From an uncultured virus (IMG/VR IMGVR_UViG_3300042197_001533) (Duplodnaviria; Heunggongvirae; Uroviricota; Caudoviricetes), in IMG/VR virus record IMGVR_UViG_3300042197_001533: DNA of 64,000 nt, one strand, 5' to 3'. Positions 19,633-29,831 of the stretch are shown here, one piece after another (positions within the stretch are counted from its first letter, which is position 1; the number at the start of each line of letters is the position of its first letter). The notes under the pieces were generated by a model. The model was not told where the DNA came from and searched no databases. It saw only the letters and a list, made by a program, of their open reading frames with translations. The translations under genes were made by a program, and so were the position numbers.

Positions 19633-21255
19633 TTATAATAACCACTTTAGGTCTTCGTTTCTTCTAGCACCTGGGCTAGTTGTGAACGTAGACCCAACGG
19701 GTGACGGCATAGACCAGTATTCACGGCCTCTGTCAACAGAACGGCGATAGACGGGTTCTCCGCCGCCAGTTTTGTTTATTCCGTCCAACAATGCTTTTTG
19801 ATATTCCCCCGAATCGGCCCTTAACCTAAGAGCTGTGTCTCTGACCCACAGCCCAACACCTAACGATGTAACCAAATCGTCATTATAACCGGTCATGGCT
19901 TCCGCCTTACTTCCGTTCCATATGAATACGGAAAGTTCCTCGTAAAGCCGGACGGAATTTGTTTTAACAGATTTGTCTCTGAAATATGTCTCCAGCTTCG
20001 ATATTATCAGCGGTCTAGTTCTCGTGGTTGTCGTGAAGCCAGGCACCATATTTTTTTCTTGACGATTGATCTTGTTCGATGTCTGTCTTTCGAGGTCAAC
20101 ATACTGGAGGTCAGCGCTGCTATAGAAAGTATTCGGATAACCGATGTCAATTATTTGTTGAAGGGTTGCCCACCCCACGTTGTTGTTTTCTACCACCAAA
20201 ATAGCATTGTTGTATTCCGTGGCCACACTTACCAGAAGATTTCCATAACCCTTCGTATCCACAAGACCCTTGAATTCCGCCACTTGTTCCATGCTTTGCA
20301 TATCCAGCACATGAAATGCAGATTTGTCACGTCCGTCGCCCCGAGCCACGTCCGCGCACACCAAATAGGAACGAGAATAATCCGCCGGCTTCCATATCCA
20401 CAACGATTGGTCAACCCATCTACGTTCAATCGGGTCTTCTATGCCAGCAGACTTTATCCACTTTAAAGTATCGACGTCAAGAACAGTATGCCCCGTGGTC
20501 GTAAAGTCACAATCACACTCCTGTGCTGAACCTTTCACTCCCAACAGTTCCGTCTGTTCATTTCTCCAATCCTGTGTTCTTTCTGGGTGAAGATGCCACG
20601 GAAGGTTTATCGTGTTAAATTTGTTTTCTTTCTGTTCTGATGCTACCCACGTTTTATGAAAGAAGTTTCCTACACCGTTTGGAGTGCTTAGAATTATGGC
20701 CTTTCCTCCCGTGGAGAGGGTCTGTTGAGCCGACAACCAAATTTCTTCTATGTTGTCGATGAATGCGGCCTCATCAATGATTAGAAGGGATAGAGCAGAA
20801 GAACGGCCCGCATCTCCGGAAGAAGACACCGCTTTTATCTGAGAACCGTTCTTCAAACGAAGGGACAATCTATTATCCTCAATACAAGGTATCTTCAACC
20901 ACGATGGGAGGTTGTTATTAGCAAACCTCACCCTGGTAACAATTTCTTTTGAAGTCTCCTGTTTGATGCTGATACAGAGAATGTTCTTGTCGCTGTGGAA
21001 CACCATCAACCAAAGAGAATACGCAGAAGTCAGCGTGGTTATTCCCATCTGACGAGACTTCAATATGATGTTATAGTCAAAGTCTACGAGGTTCTTGAGC
21101 GCGGATTCTTGGAACGGATATAAGTCAAATGGAATTGTTCCCCTCAACGGATGTTGAATCTTGACATACTTTTTCATAAAGTATATCGGGTCGGAAAGAC
21201 ACTTCTTGTATTCTTCCTTAATTACATCCCGTATGTTTACTTTAACATCACTCAT
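19633..21255 (-). CDS. gp17: Terminase large subunit (T4 gp17 family)
   Basis: Walker A KSRQMGIT, Walker B IIDEAAF, STPNG, nuclease DVARGDG.D and DDLV. Confidence 0.96.
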   Translation of the reverse strand: MSDVKVNIRDVIKEEYKKCLSDPIYFMKKYVKIQHPLRGTIPFDLYPFQESALKNLVDFDYNIILKSRQMGITTLTSAYSLWLMVFHSDKNILCISIKQETSKEIVTRVRFANNNLPSWLKIPCIEDNRLSLRLKNGSQIKAVSSSGDAGRSSALSLLIIDEAAFIDNIEEIWLSAQQTLSTGGKAIILSTPNGVGNFFHKTWVASEQKENKFNTINLPWHLHPERTQDWRNEQTELLGVKGSAQECDCDFTTTGHTVLDVDTLKWIKSAGIEDPIERRWVDQSLWIWKPADYSRSYLVCADVARGDGRDKSAFHVLDMQSMEQVAEFKGLVDTKGYGNLLVSVATEYNNAILVVENNNVGWATLQQIIDIGYPNTFYSSADLQYVDLERQTSNKINRQEKNMVPGFTTTTRTRPLIISKLETYFRDKSVKTNSVRLYEELSVFIWNGSKAEAMTGYNDDLVTSLGVGLWVRDTALRLRADSGEYQKALLDGINKTGGGEPVYRRSVDRGREYWSMPSPVGSTFTTSPGARRNEDLKWLL

Positions 21256-21856
21256 GTTTGGATGTCAGTTCTTCCAATGATTTAGATATTCTACCCAACG
21301 CCAAATCACACTCTTTCAAATCATTCTCAGCATCTTCCAAAACCATCGCCTTTGTGGTATCTTTCCAAACATCTTTGCTTCCGTCCTCATTAAAGTAAAC
21401 GATGTCATCGGTAGTCGTTTTCAGATGATGTATGGTTTCCAGCAACTTCGCTCGGAAATCTTCCACCTTTCCACGTTGGAGTTTCAAAACTTTTTCGATT
21501 TCATAATCACGAAACTTACCGTCCACTTTCAACTTAGATTCAAACTCTGAGTTACACTCGTAACATCTGCCGGTTCTCGGGAAAACTCTGTCATCCAAAT
21601 AATTTCCCCACTTCATGTCACGTTTACACATCGAACACAGCAAGGTGCTCGACTCGGAAGAAACCTTACCCAATTTATTTACACGTTTCTTATAACCATT
21701 CTTTTTTATCCAACATCTACCAGCAGAGTCTTCCCAAGATTCGCCTTCTTTCCGAGACTCCAAATTAGAATCCCATCCAACCTGAGTAAAAGGCCTGTCT
21801 CCTGCTAGGTATCCCCGAACGATGTCTATGTTACTGCGATTTTTTGCGTGATTCAT
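21248..21856 (-). CDS. Hypothetical Zn-binding protein
   Basis: CxxC...CxxC; overlaps the terminase start. Confidence 0.7.
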   Translation of the reverse strand: MNHAKNRSNIDIVRGYLAGDRPFTQVGWDSNLESRKEGESWEDSAGRCWIKKNGYKKRVNKLGKVSSESSTLLCSMCKRDMKWGNYLDDRVFPRTGRCYECNSEFESKLKVDGKFRDYEIEKVLKLQRGKVEDFRAKLLETIHHLKTTTDDIVYFNEDGSKDVWKDTTKAMVLEDAENDLKECDLALGRISKSLEELTSKHE

Positions 21857-21865
21857 AAATGTAAC

Positions 21866-23722
21866 TTAAAACTTTACTCCATATTTAATTAGTGTCTCAC
21901 GAGCGTCAGCGACCATATTTTCAAAGTCTTTACTATTTTTAATTCTCTCTACAATAGACTCAAAGTAATCCAAGTCTGACGATTTAGCACCATCACCCAA
22001 CAATAAGACTGCAATTTTAGAAGGGTCCTTTGTGATGGTATTCCCAGACTCTCTATCGACGAGTCCATTTTTATAAGACCATTTCATATTTTTAAACTTT
22101 GCGATGCTAGCAAGCAGAACGTGTCGGTGCATACCCTTGTATTCCGAGTTTTCTTTTCCACCCTGTAAACTCCATCGCATCCAATCGGGGTCACCAAACA
22201 TAAAATCAGTCTGAACAAACCCTTTGCCAAAATCACCGTTTATAGGAGTCTTGAAGTGAACGGAGTCGCCTGACTTCTTGACAAATTCTTTCGGATTTAC
22301 GTTTTTAGATACGGCCCAAGCTGCCAAAACCTCCGCCAACTTCTCTTTTGTAGTAGATTTCTCATCCACCGCCAAATCCAAGTCTCCCGACGTTTCTCTT
22401 TTTCCACCGGTTCCGAGCAAGTTGTTTAACAATGGCAGGGACGTAACAGTTTCGAGCCACTTTACCGTTGGGATTACATCGGACCTCGATATTCTAGTCG
22501 TCCCTGAAGAACCGTCTTCAGATTTAAAAACATTCCCGCCTTCAGTGACCACGGATTCAGTTCTAACCACGGCCCGATTTGCTGCCGAGAACCCTGCCCT
22601 TGAAACGAATTTGATATTCCCCTTCGGGTCGGAAACAACATAACCTTCACCTCCAGGAAACTCTCCGATAGAAGCACGGACCACCATAGGATTCTTCTCT
22701 AAATTAGATATTATCGAATCCTTTATGTCCATGATTTCAGAAACGATAAACCATAGAGCTGTAAAACCTCCGATATTTTCCTTTACGTGTTCAAGGACAT
22801 TTTTCTTTTTCTGTGAACTCAATTTTTCGTTATTTGACACCCAATCTAAGAAATCTTTACCCAAATCCACGAGTCCGGTATCCACTTTGCTATTCAAATA
22901 TGTGTAAAGAATATCAGGAAAATCCGTCATTTTCTTCGCTGACAATTTCGATTTATCTATGAGCGTATTTACCTCGGTGGAATGTTCCTTGATATAGGAT
23001 AGAAGGTTTTTTATCCTTTTCAAATCTACATCGGACTTAGATTCTACTGTCACCGGAGGAATTACACACAACTCGTCTCCTAAGAAAACATTCAAATCCG
23101 CCTCGCTGACTGCGTTGGTAGAACCGTCTATACCGATTCTACCGTGAATCACTACGCCAGCAGAACTCTTCGCAATCTTCTCTCCGAGATGGGACTCTCT
23201 CGCCACCTTATATGTGACTATATTAGGTTTGAATACAAAATCGTCGTTAACGTCAGCCTTGAGTTTTCCCATGTAAAGAAGATCTCCAAAAAAGTATCCT
23301 ACGAAATCCTTTGGAACGGATTTTTCAAACACACTAAAAGAGTTCGCCATGTTTCTGGCAAAAGTCTTAAATCCCACACTCTTTTCCGCTGCTGGAGTCC
23401 CTCCACGATTCAAAAGCATAGATTCCAACTCGTTTGGAGATTTACTCTTACCATCATAACCCTTTGCGGAGAATCCGTTTTTATCCGTGAATATGAACTC
23501 ACCCCGTTCATTCCTACCAAACACCACAGCCGGAGAACCATCCCACTTAACCGTCATGTTTCTCTTTTTTCCCTTGGAAGAATCTATCAAAGACTTTACG
23601 GCTCTCGTGGCTCCTGCTGAACCTTCCCAGAAAATCAAATCTTCTGCGTGCTGAATCCGGACACCTTCCAATAGTGAACGAGATACACACTCGTCTATCA
23701 AATCTTTCAAAAAATCTTTCAT
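21866..23722 (-). CDS. Two-domain protein: KxDG ligase-like (DUF6267-like) domain plus Pol-beta-type nucleotidyltransferase
   Basis: HAEDL, TVKWDGSPAV.FG, GDLLY, FKPN.VTY, GEGYV in the N-half; GGNVF, LLGTGGK..SGDLDLAV, VQTDFM in the C-half. Confidence 0.65.
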   Translation of the reverse strand: MKDFLKDLIDECVSRSLLEGVRIQHAEDLIFWEGSAGATRAVKSLIDSSKGKKRNMTVKWDGSPAVVFGRNERGEFIFTDKNGFSAKGYDGKSKSPNELESMLLNRGGTPAAEKSVGFKTFARNMANSFSVFEKSVPKDFVGYFFGDLLYMGKLKADVNDDFVFKPNIVTYKVARESHLGEKIAKSSAGVVIHGRIGIDGSTNAVSEADLNVFLGDELCVIPPVTVESKSDVDLKRIKNLLSYIKEHSTEVNTLIDKSKLSAKKMTDFPDILYTYLNSKVDTGLVDLGKDFLDWVSNNEKLSSQKKKNVLEHVKENIGGFTALWFIVSEIMDIKDSIISNLEKNPMVVRASIGEFPGGEGYVVSDPKGNIKFVSRAGFSAANRAVVRTESVVTEGGNVFKSEDGSSGTTRISRSDVIPTVKWLETVTSLPLLNNLLGTGGKRETSGDLDLAVDEKSTTKEKLAEVLAAWAVSKNVNPKEFVKKSGDSVHFKTPINGDFGKGFVQTDFMFGDPDWMRWSLQGGKENSEYKGMHRHVLLASIAKFKNMKWSYKNGLVDRESGNTITKDPSKIAVLLLGDGAKSSDLDYFESIVERIKNSKDFENMVADARETLIKYGVKF

Positions 23723-23742
23723 GTGAATATATAGTAAATTGG

Positions 23743-26496
23743 TTATACGCTTGTATAATATGGAACGTAAATTCGGTTTCCGTTCAACGTGGCAGTCAGA
23801 TAACCGGCTACCGTCGGTGAACCAACCGGTGCCACATCAACGTCGTATATCAGATGGCTGCTCGACAACGAACTGCTTGCTTTGTATGCGTAACTGGAAC
23901 TTATAGCCCAACTCGAAGACAATGCACTTTGAGCACCACTTGCCGACAACGAACTGCTTGCTTTGTAGGCGTAACTGGAACTCACAGCCCAACTAGATGA
24001 CAACGACGAGTCAGCTCCGCTTGATGACAACGAACTGCTTGCTTTGTAGGCGTAACTGGAACTCACAGCCCAACTAGATGACAATGAGGAATCAGCACCA
24101 CTTGCCGACAACGAACTGCTTGCTTTGTAGGCGTAACTGGAACTTATAGCCCAACTTGAAGACAACGACGACTCGGCGGTGCTGGACGATAGAGAACTGC
24201 TTGCTTTGTAGGCGTAACTGGAACTTATAGCCCAACTAGATGACACTGCGTAACTAGAACTCACGGCCCAACTTGATGTGGCGTATAACCGTTCGTCAGC
24301 ACCCATAACATACATGGATCCGGTCAACTTTAAGCTACCACTCACCCTCACGGTGGGGCCTGTATTTCCAGGACCAAACTCTGCTATGAAGAACGGAAAT
24401 CTGTCATTTGCGCTTCCGCTCTGAACTACAAAACTTTCTACGACTGACAACGCGGCGCGGTTTGTGGCAGAGTCATATCCCTGCCCGCCCGCGACTCGTG
24501 ATGAAGAAATCGTCAAAGACCCGGACGAAATCACAGAACGAATCGTCTCCGAATCGGTTATAAGATAGTTTGTTATATTCTTGAAAAGCGTCTCTCCCTC
24601 CCGGTCTATATTCACTATTCCTTGTAATTCCGAAAAAATAGACTTGCTGTTTATGTCGAAGAACTCTGAACGTATTTCAAATTGTTCGTTTTTTATTGTT
24701 ACTGGAAAAAATATTCTCGTGGAGAATACATCCGGAGAAAAACCAAACTCCGCGAAGGTTCTAAGAGAAAGGTCGGAAATTCTCGTGGTTCTTAGATTCA
24801 CAGGAACAATCACGAGGGTCCCTTTACAGTCGTTGGCGAATGATATTATTTTTCCAAAATGATTTCCAGAAAATGCAGCTCTATCCTTACCCACAGGAAG
24901 AACATACTCGTGAAGTTTTATTCCACGGTTTGTAAAGAAGGTCGGTTCCGATTGAGAACTTGCTGTGTTATGGGAGCCTGTGAAGAAAAACATCAAACTG
25001 GAGGCTTTGGTGGTGTCCAATTTAATCATGTCCACATCGGCCGATATTAGGTAATCCGACCCTTTATACAACGTAATGAAATTTGAATCATACGCCGAAC
25101 CGCTCTTTATCAAATCCTGTTCAACCACGTAGTTTACGTATTTTTCTTTTGAAGAGGAAATTGTGAGCAGAGAGGTGTCATTTTTAATAATCACATACTC
25201 AGACCCGTTCGGGTTTTCCACGGTCGAAGACAGTATCATCGAATTTAAAACGTCTACAGAACTCTGTTGGATAGACAATTCCTGCGAACTTGTGTAGTAA
25301 TATCGGCTTATGTGGTCCAGATTATAGAACTCTCCGATTCTAGCAAAGGCTCGGTTTGCTGTAGAAGTGTCAAACAACGTCTCCGTCTCAAGAAGAGGTT
25401 CGTCAGAAACACACTCAAATTCAGATGCTTTGTTCAAACTGCGTCTATAGACTTTGTGGCGATGTAATTTTCCTGTAAGAGTCTTTAGGTTTCTATAAGT
25501 TATGTCCAAGAACGGTTCTCTTAAAAAAGCGTAGGACGCTCCAACCGGTTTCTGTAAAAACACGTTGGGGTCAGGAACACCATCAGGATTTCCGTCCGGT
25601 ATAAGTCCAGATGAGGTTATATATGAAGTGGCGAAAAACCTCTGGACAAATGAACCAGATACCACCGGAACAACCTGTCTTACATTATTAGTAACATAGG
25701 TTATTGGGCTCTCAAGATTAATCGTCGATGAGTTTAATACGGATTTTACTCTTGCAGATTGAGTTATGTCTACAACAACATTCCTTAGAGAGTTTCCATC
25801 CAAAACTGAGATCTCCGATATGTATAGAGTCAACGCGGACTGGCCGTTTTCACGACTAAACAACGTCAAAGTCGGGTCTGTAGGGTTTGTATAAGAAAGT
25901 CGGTAATCTATGTCCGATTTTCTAGCATTTAAGGTATTTACATCTGTAAACACCGATGGGAAAAATGCGTTACACTTAATGCTTCCTGATATAGTTGCGG
26001 ATTCCTGAGCCGTGGTTGTCCACCCCTCGTTTAAGACGTAAGATAGGAACGGAGTCGTCTCCATCGTGGGCCTTTCAAAGAAGATAACCCGGTCGGAATT
26101 GTCTACGGTCGGATCTATTTTAATCGTAGAACTCCACTTAACCGACTTTCCATCAATCGTTGTTCCCATGAGAGTCATGGTTCCAAACCCAGCGGTTGTG
26201 GTGTCGAATACGTGGGCAGAAACAACTAAATCCGTGGTTTCCACATAACTTTCGTAACCGGATTTTCCTGTTTCGTAGAAGAGTGGGGTCCCCGAAGAAT
26301 CCAGTATTTCCAATGAAATTCCCGAGTTCTTTTTTAATAGAGGTGAACCATTTATAGTAAAGTGGTTCTTTCCAGCAGTAAATGAGGATTGTAGGCCAGA
26401 TACAACGAAATACTCCGATCTATAGGATTGATCTTCTATATCGGCTCTACTGTTTGCTAAATTTAGACGACGCCTAGCGTTCGCACTACGATGCAT
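23743..26496 (-). CDS. Large virion structural protein with Ser-rich repeat tail
   Basis: FTAGKN.F.INGS N-terminus, beta-rich body, C-terminal SSSWA/SSSYA repeats; late-type motif at 26502-26508. Confidence 0.7.
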   Translation of the reverse strand: MHRSANARRRLNLANSRADIEDQSYRSEYFVVSGLQSSFTAGKNHFTINGSPLLKKNSGISLEILDSSGTPLFYETGKSGYESYVETTDLVVSAHVFDTTTAGFGTMTLMGTTIDGKSVKWSSTIKIDPTVDNSDRVIFFERPTMETTPFLSYVLNEGWTTTAQESATISGSIKCNAFFPSVFTDVNTLNARKSDIDYRLSYTNPTDPTLTLFSRENGQSALTLYISEISVLDGNSLRNVVVDITQSARVKSVLNSSTINLESPITYVTNNVRQVVPVVSGSFVQRFFATSYITSSGLIPDGNPDGVPDPNVFLQKPVGASYAFLREPFLDITYRNLKTLTGKLHRHKVYRRSLNKASEFECVSDEPLLETETLFDTSTANRAFARIGEFYNLDHISRYYYTSSQELSIQQSSVDVLNSMILSSTVENPNGSEYVIIKNDTSLLTISSSKEKYVNYVVEQDLIKSGSAYDSNFITLYKGSDYLISADVDMIKLDTTKASSLMFFFTGSHNTASSQSEPTFFTNRGIKLHEYVLPVGKDRAAFSGNHFGKIISFANDCKGTLVIVPVNLRTTRISDLSLRTFAEFGFSPDVFSTRIFFPVTIKNEQFEIRSEFFDINSKSIFSELQGIVNIDREGETLFKNITNYLITDSETIRSVISSGSLTISSSRVAGGQGYDSATNRAALSVVESFVVQSGSANDRFPFFIAEFGPGNTGPTVRVSGSLKLTGSMYVMGADERLYATSSWAVSSSYAVSSSWAISSSYAYKASSSLSSSTAESSLSSSWAISSSYAYKASSSLSASGADSSLSSSWAVSSSYAYKASSSLSSSGADSSLSSSWAVSSSYAYKASSSLSASGAQSALSSSWAISSSYAYKASSSLSSSHLIYDVDVAPVGSPTVAGYLTATLNGNRIYVPYYTSV
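23860..24280. repeat. 81-bp tandem repeat, five copies (27-aa unit SSLSSSWA(I/V)SSSYAYKASSSLSxSxAx)
   Basis: GAACTGCTTGCTTTGTA recurs at 23870, 23951, 24032, 24113 and 24194. Confidence 0.92.
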
Positions 26497-26514
26497 GCCT
26501 AATAAATAGAGGAA

Positions 26515-29097
26515 TCAGACGGTTATCTTAGAGAATCCATTTTCTTTTTTTATCTCTATAGTGTGGTCCACCATGTCCTTCATGGAGTCAAGGTGGCTTA
26601 TTATAAGCATAAAATCGAAATTCGACTTCAATATTGAAAATAGGGAGTTCATGGATGCGAGATTATCTGCATCAGCACAACCGAAACCCTCGTCTATGGC
26701 TATGAAATTCGGTCTAGGTAGGTTTGAAATGTTTATTAGAGCCACCCTTATGACTAACGATGTCAAAAACTTCTCAAGTCCGCTTGCTAGTTCCAGCGGC
26801 CAAGATTTGTCATTGTAAACTATGTTCGTCACGACGTTTCTACCGTCGGTCTGAATGTTCACACCGAATTCGACGATTTGACTTAATATCGTATTGACTT
26901 CCTTCTCTATGATAGGCACGGCCTGTGATATTAACTCGAATGGAATTCCATCCCTTGAAACAGATGAAACATAGTGACCGTATGCTTGTATTTCTAACTC
27001 TACCGATTTAAGCAACAAGGCATTCTTCTCACGTTTCTCTTTCTCAGACGTGAGCACTCCGATTTTTCCGGTAATCTCCGATAGGAGGTCACTCTTTTCG
27101 AGAAGCCTTCTATCCGTCATCAATATCTTCCGCGTGAGAGACTCTCTCAAACTTTCGATTTTCAAATTCGACTCTATGGCTGCTTCTTGTTTCAAATACC
27201 TAGAAATCATAACGTCCACCTCTTTAAGTGAGTTACGGTCAACCACAACCTTGTTCTGTGCAGTCATGGATTGTTTATTCTTTGTAGCCAAAGACTTTTC
27301 CAATAAAGCTAACTTGGGCAAAAGTTTAGTATACTCACGGTAATCGTCCTCCACTGATGCTTTCGATGCAATCGTGGCTTCGATTGATGCATACTCTTGT
27401 AACAAACCCCCTACAACCACCTTATCTCCTTCAAGGGAAAGTTTGGCATCCAATGCGTCTTTGACGAAATCGTTATTTACACAGAACTTACAATTTGGGT
27501 CATACTCATGTTTATCTAACCTTTTAAGTTTGTCTAACTTTCCGTCAACAAATATCTTCTTCTTATCTATCTCGTGTTTTTTAGAAATCAAAGACTTCTT
27601 GATTGAAGAAAGTTCTTCAAATGCAGCCTCTACGCCGGACGACTTGAGACGAGCTATTTCCCCTTCGGTGGAAGCAACGTCAGATTTAATCGACGTTAGT
27701 TCGGATTCAATATCTACGATATTATCCTCCAAAGTAGATATTGAGTGTTCCAACTCAACCTTACGCTTTCTCAATCCGGCTATGTCAGTCGATACCTCTT
27801 CATCAAATTTTATCAACTTCTCGGTCAATGAAATTATCTCCGAGTTCATGGAATCCTTCTCGTGTGTCAGAGACTTCCGTTCTTCGGACAACACTGCGAC
27901 CTGATCCGTGAACAATCCAATTTTTGCGTTCACGTCACGTAAATCTTCGGTGGACTCGTTCTTTTGAATAAACTTCGCTTCCGTCTCAAGTTCTTTTAGT
28001 TTCTCGCCTGCCGGGCCTGCGAGTTCGTCGAATAGATTCAAACCCATGAACTGTGACAACAAATCCTTCCTCTCCGTCTGACCCATATCAACAAACGTTC
28101 CCAACTTATTGTTCTGTATGGACAAAACGGTCAGTATGAAATCGTCATACGTTCCAAGATAGTCTCTTATGAGGTCGTTAGTGCTTCTTCTAGCTTCACC
28201 GTTAAGTTCAACAACCTTCCCATCTTCCTCTTTCCAGAATTTCACATCCACCTTTACGTTCCCCTTTTTATCTGATTTTCCAGACCTCTCGATATAGTAA
28301 TTTACATTTTCTATCTCGAAGTTGAACTTACAGTAAAAAGACATTTTCTGAGAATTTAAAACATGAGATGCTTTAAATGCTCTGTCACACTTATCGAAGA
28401 TACAGAAGCTCAACGCGGAAAGAATGGATGATTTTCCACTTGCATTAACGGCAAACACACCGATGACGTCCTTCATGTCCGAGAAATCTATTACGTTATT
28501 TTCTCCGTAACTGAACATATTGCTGAATTCAAACTTTTTAGGTTTCCATCTAATGTTTCTTACAATCTTGTCCCTATCAATGGATTGATTGTATGTCTCA
28601 TTTATCTCAAATATCCTCGTCATCACCGTGTCCGGTATGGTTGTTCCAATAGATTTTCTTACCAAAAAGTCCTTAATCAACTTGTTCTGATACTCCACAT
28701 CTGACAAGTCGCTGAGGTTGAGTTCTTTAGTGGTGAGAGAACTTTTGTTCAACGACTGTTCACTATCCACACGGACATAGGTTATCTCAATAATCTCCGT
28801 CAACTTCCGTATTTCTGATACCACAAGCTTCACTTCGGATGCGATGGTTTCAAAACACCTGACTCTCAACCGGACTTTCGATGGTATGTCGCTTACATCT
28901 GTAGACAACACTCCTCGCTTCACGTCGATGGTATAAAATCCACAGGCGTTATCTATGTCGAGCTGCCGGAATGCTTTACTTTTAAGATTCCATATCACAT
29001 ATCCATGACCCTTTAGGTCTTCTCCGTGGTTCTGTTGAATGAGAGATCCGCAATAGACTGCCAGAGGATTCTTCTTACGTATTATGTAATTCTTCAT
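26515..29097 (-). CDS. Rad50/SbcC/gp46-like ATPase carrying the C-terminal part of the Mre11 nuclease at its N-terminus
   Basis: NMFSYG, NASGKSS Walker A, CKFC zinc hook, SGLEK signature, IDEGFG, IISH. N-terminus has YCGSLIQQNHGE. Confidence 0.9.
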   Translation of the reverse strand: MKNYIIRKKNPLAVYCGSLIQQNHGEDLKGHGYVIWNLKSKAFRQLDIDNACGFYTIDVKRGVLSTDVSDIPSKVRLRVRCFETIASEVKLVVSEIRKLTEIIEITYVRVDSEQSLNKSSLTTKELNLSDLSDVEYQNKLIKDFLVRKSIGTTIPDTVMTRIFEINETYNQSIDRDKIVRNIRWKPKKFEFSNMFSYGENNVIDFSDMKDVIGVFAVNASGKSSILSALSFCIFDKCDRAFKASHVLNSQKMSFYCKFNFEIENVNYYIERSGKSDKKGNVKVDVKFWKEEDGKVVELNGEARRSTNDLIRDYLGTYDDFILTVLSIQNNKLGTFVDMGQTERKDLLSQFMGLNLFDELAGPAGEKLKELETEAKFIQKNESTEDLRDVNAKIGLFTDQVAVLSEERKSLTHEKDSMNSEIISLTEKLIKFDEEVSTDIAGLRKRKVELEHSISTLEDNIVDIESELTSIKSDVASTEGEIARLKSSGVEAAFEELSSIKKSLISKKHEIDKKKIFVDGKLDKLKRLDKHEYDPNCKFCVNNDFVKDALDAKLSLEGDKVVVGGLLQEYASIEATIASKASVEDDYREYTKLLPKLALLEKSLATKNKQSMTAQNKVVVDRNSLKEVDVMISRYLKQEAAIESNLKIESLRESLTRKILMTDRRLLEKSDLLSEITGKIGVLTSEKEKREKNALLLKSVELEIQAYGHYVSSVSRDGIPFELISQAVPIIEKEVNTILSQIVEFGVNIQTDGRNVVTNIVYNDKSWPLELASGLEKFLTSLVIRVALINISNLPRPNFIAIDEGFGCADADNLASMNSLFSILKSNFDFMLIISHLDSMKDMVDHTIEIKKENGFSKITV

Positions 29098-29831
29098 GTT
29101 ATATTGTCGAGAGTTTCTGTTACGGGGCCCACGAGTTCGTAATCACCTGTCGATAAATACGAATCCAACTCGTCCTCACTGACGATAATTCCATCTGGCC
29201 TCAACACCTGATGTTTGTGGATGTCGCCTAGGAGAACTATGTCGTGTCCGTCGAAAAGTTTAGTGGTTATGGTTCGGTTACTGACCGCATATCCTACATC
29301 GGTAAGTGCCCTATCTACAGGTCCGTGGAACAATCCGATTAAATATCTTGTTTCACGTCTATATTTGGTCGGTATATCCTCCACACGAATGTATTTATCA
29401 GCTTCGTCAAACACGGACATATGGTTAAAGAGTATGTCTCCCAATATAAACAGCCCCGTGTCTCTGAAATAGAACAAGTTGGGGTGATTCAATGCGTTAA
29501 CTATAGGGCTTAGACTATCCAATCTATTTTTGTTAGAAAGCGTCGCGTCGTGATTTCCGGCTATCAGAACGGTTGGTCTAATGTCTGCTAGATTTTTCAA
29601 GAACTCACTGGCAAGCCCCACACACTCTGGACTTAAATCAGACTTGGAGTGGAACAAATCTCCGAGAACGGCGATACAAGTGTTCTTCGGAAGCATTTTA
29701 GCATCCTTGTAAAGTTTCTCGAATACACCTAAATACTCGTCGTGTCGTTTAGTCAGACGAATGTGAATGTCAGCGACGTGCAATACACCCACAAACTCTT
29801 CTATCTCACAGTTTAGTTTAGTAACATTCAT
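29094..29831 (-). CDS. Mre11/SbcD/gp47-like metallophosphoesterase (N-terminal part)
   Basis: ADIH, GDLFH, GNHD, FHG, LGDIH motifs. Confidence 0.9.
   Translation of the reverse strand: MNVTKLNCEIEEFVGVLHVADIHIRLTKRHDEYLGVFEKLYKDAKMLPKNTCIAVLGDLFHSKSDLSPECVGLASEFLKNLADIRPTVLIAGNHDATLSNKNRLDSLSPIVNALNHPNLFYFRDTGLFILGDILFNHMSVFDEADKYIRVEDIPTKYRRETRYLIGLFHGPVDRALTDVGYAVSNRTITTKLFDGHDIVLLGDIHKHQVLRPDGIIVSEDELDSYLSTGDYELVGPVTETLDNIT

Noticed and set aside
21248..21856. Small terminase subunit
   Set aside because: Only its position next to the large terminase supports this; there is no recognisable motif.
29020..29235. Split intein at the Mre11/Rad50 junction
   Set aside because: No Cys/Ser-initiated intein N-block and no HN followed by C/S/T; the extra peptides are too short.
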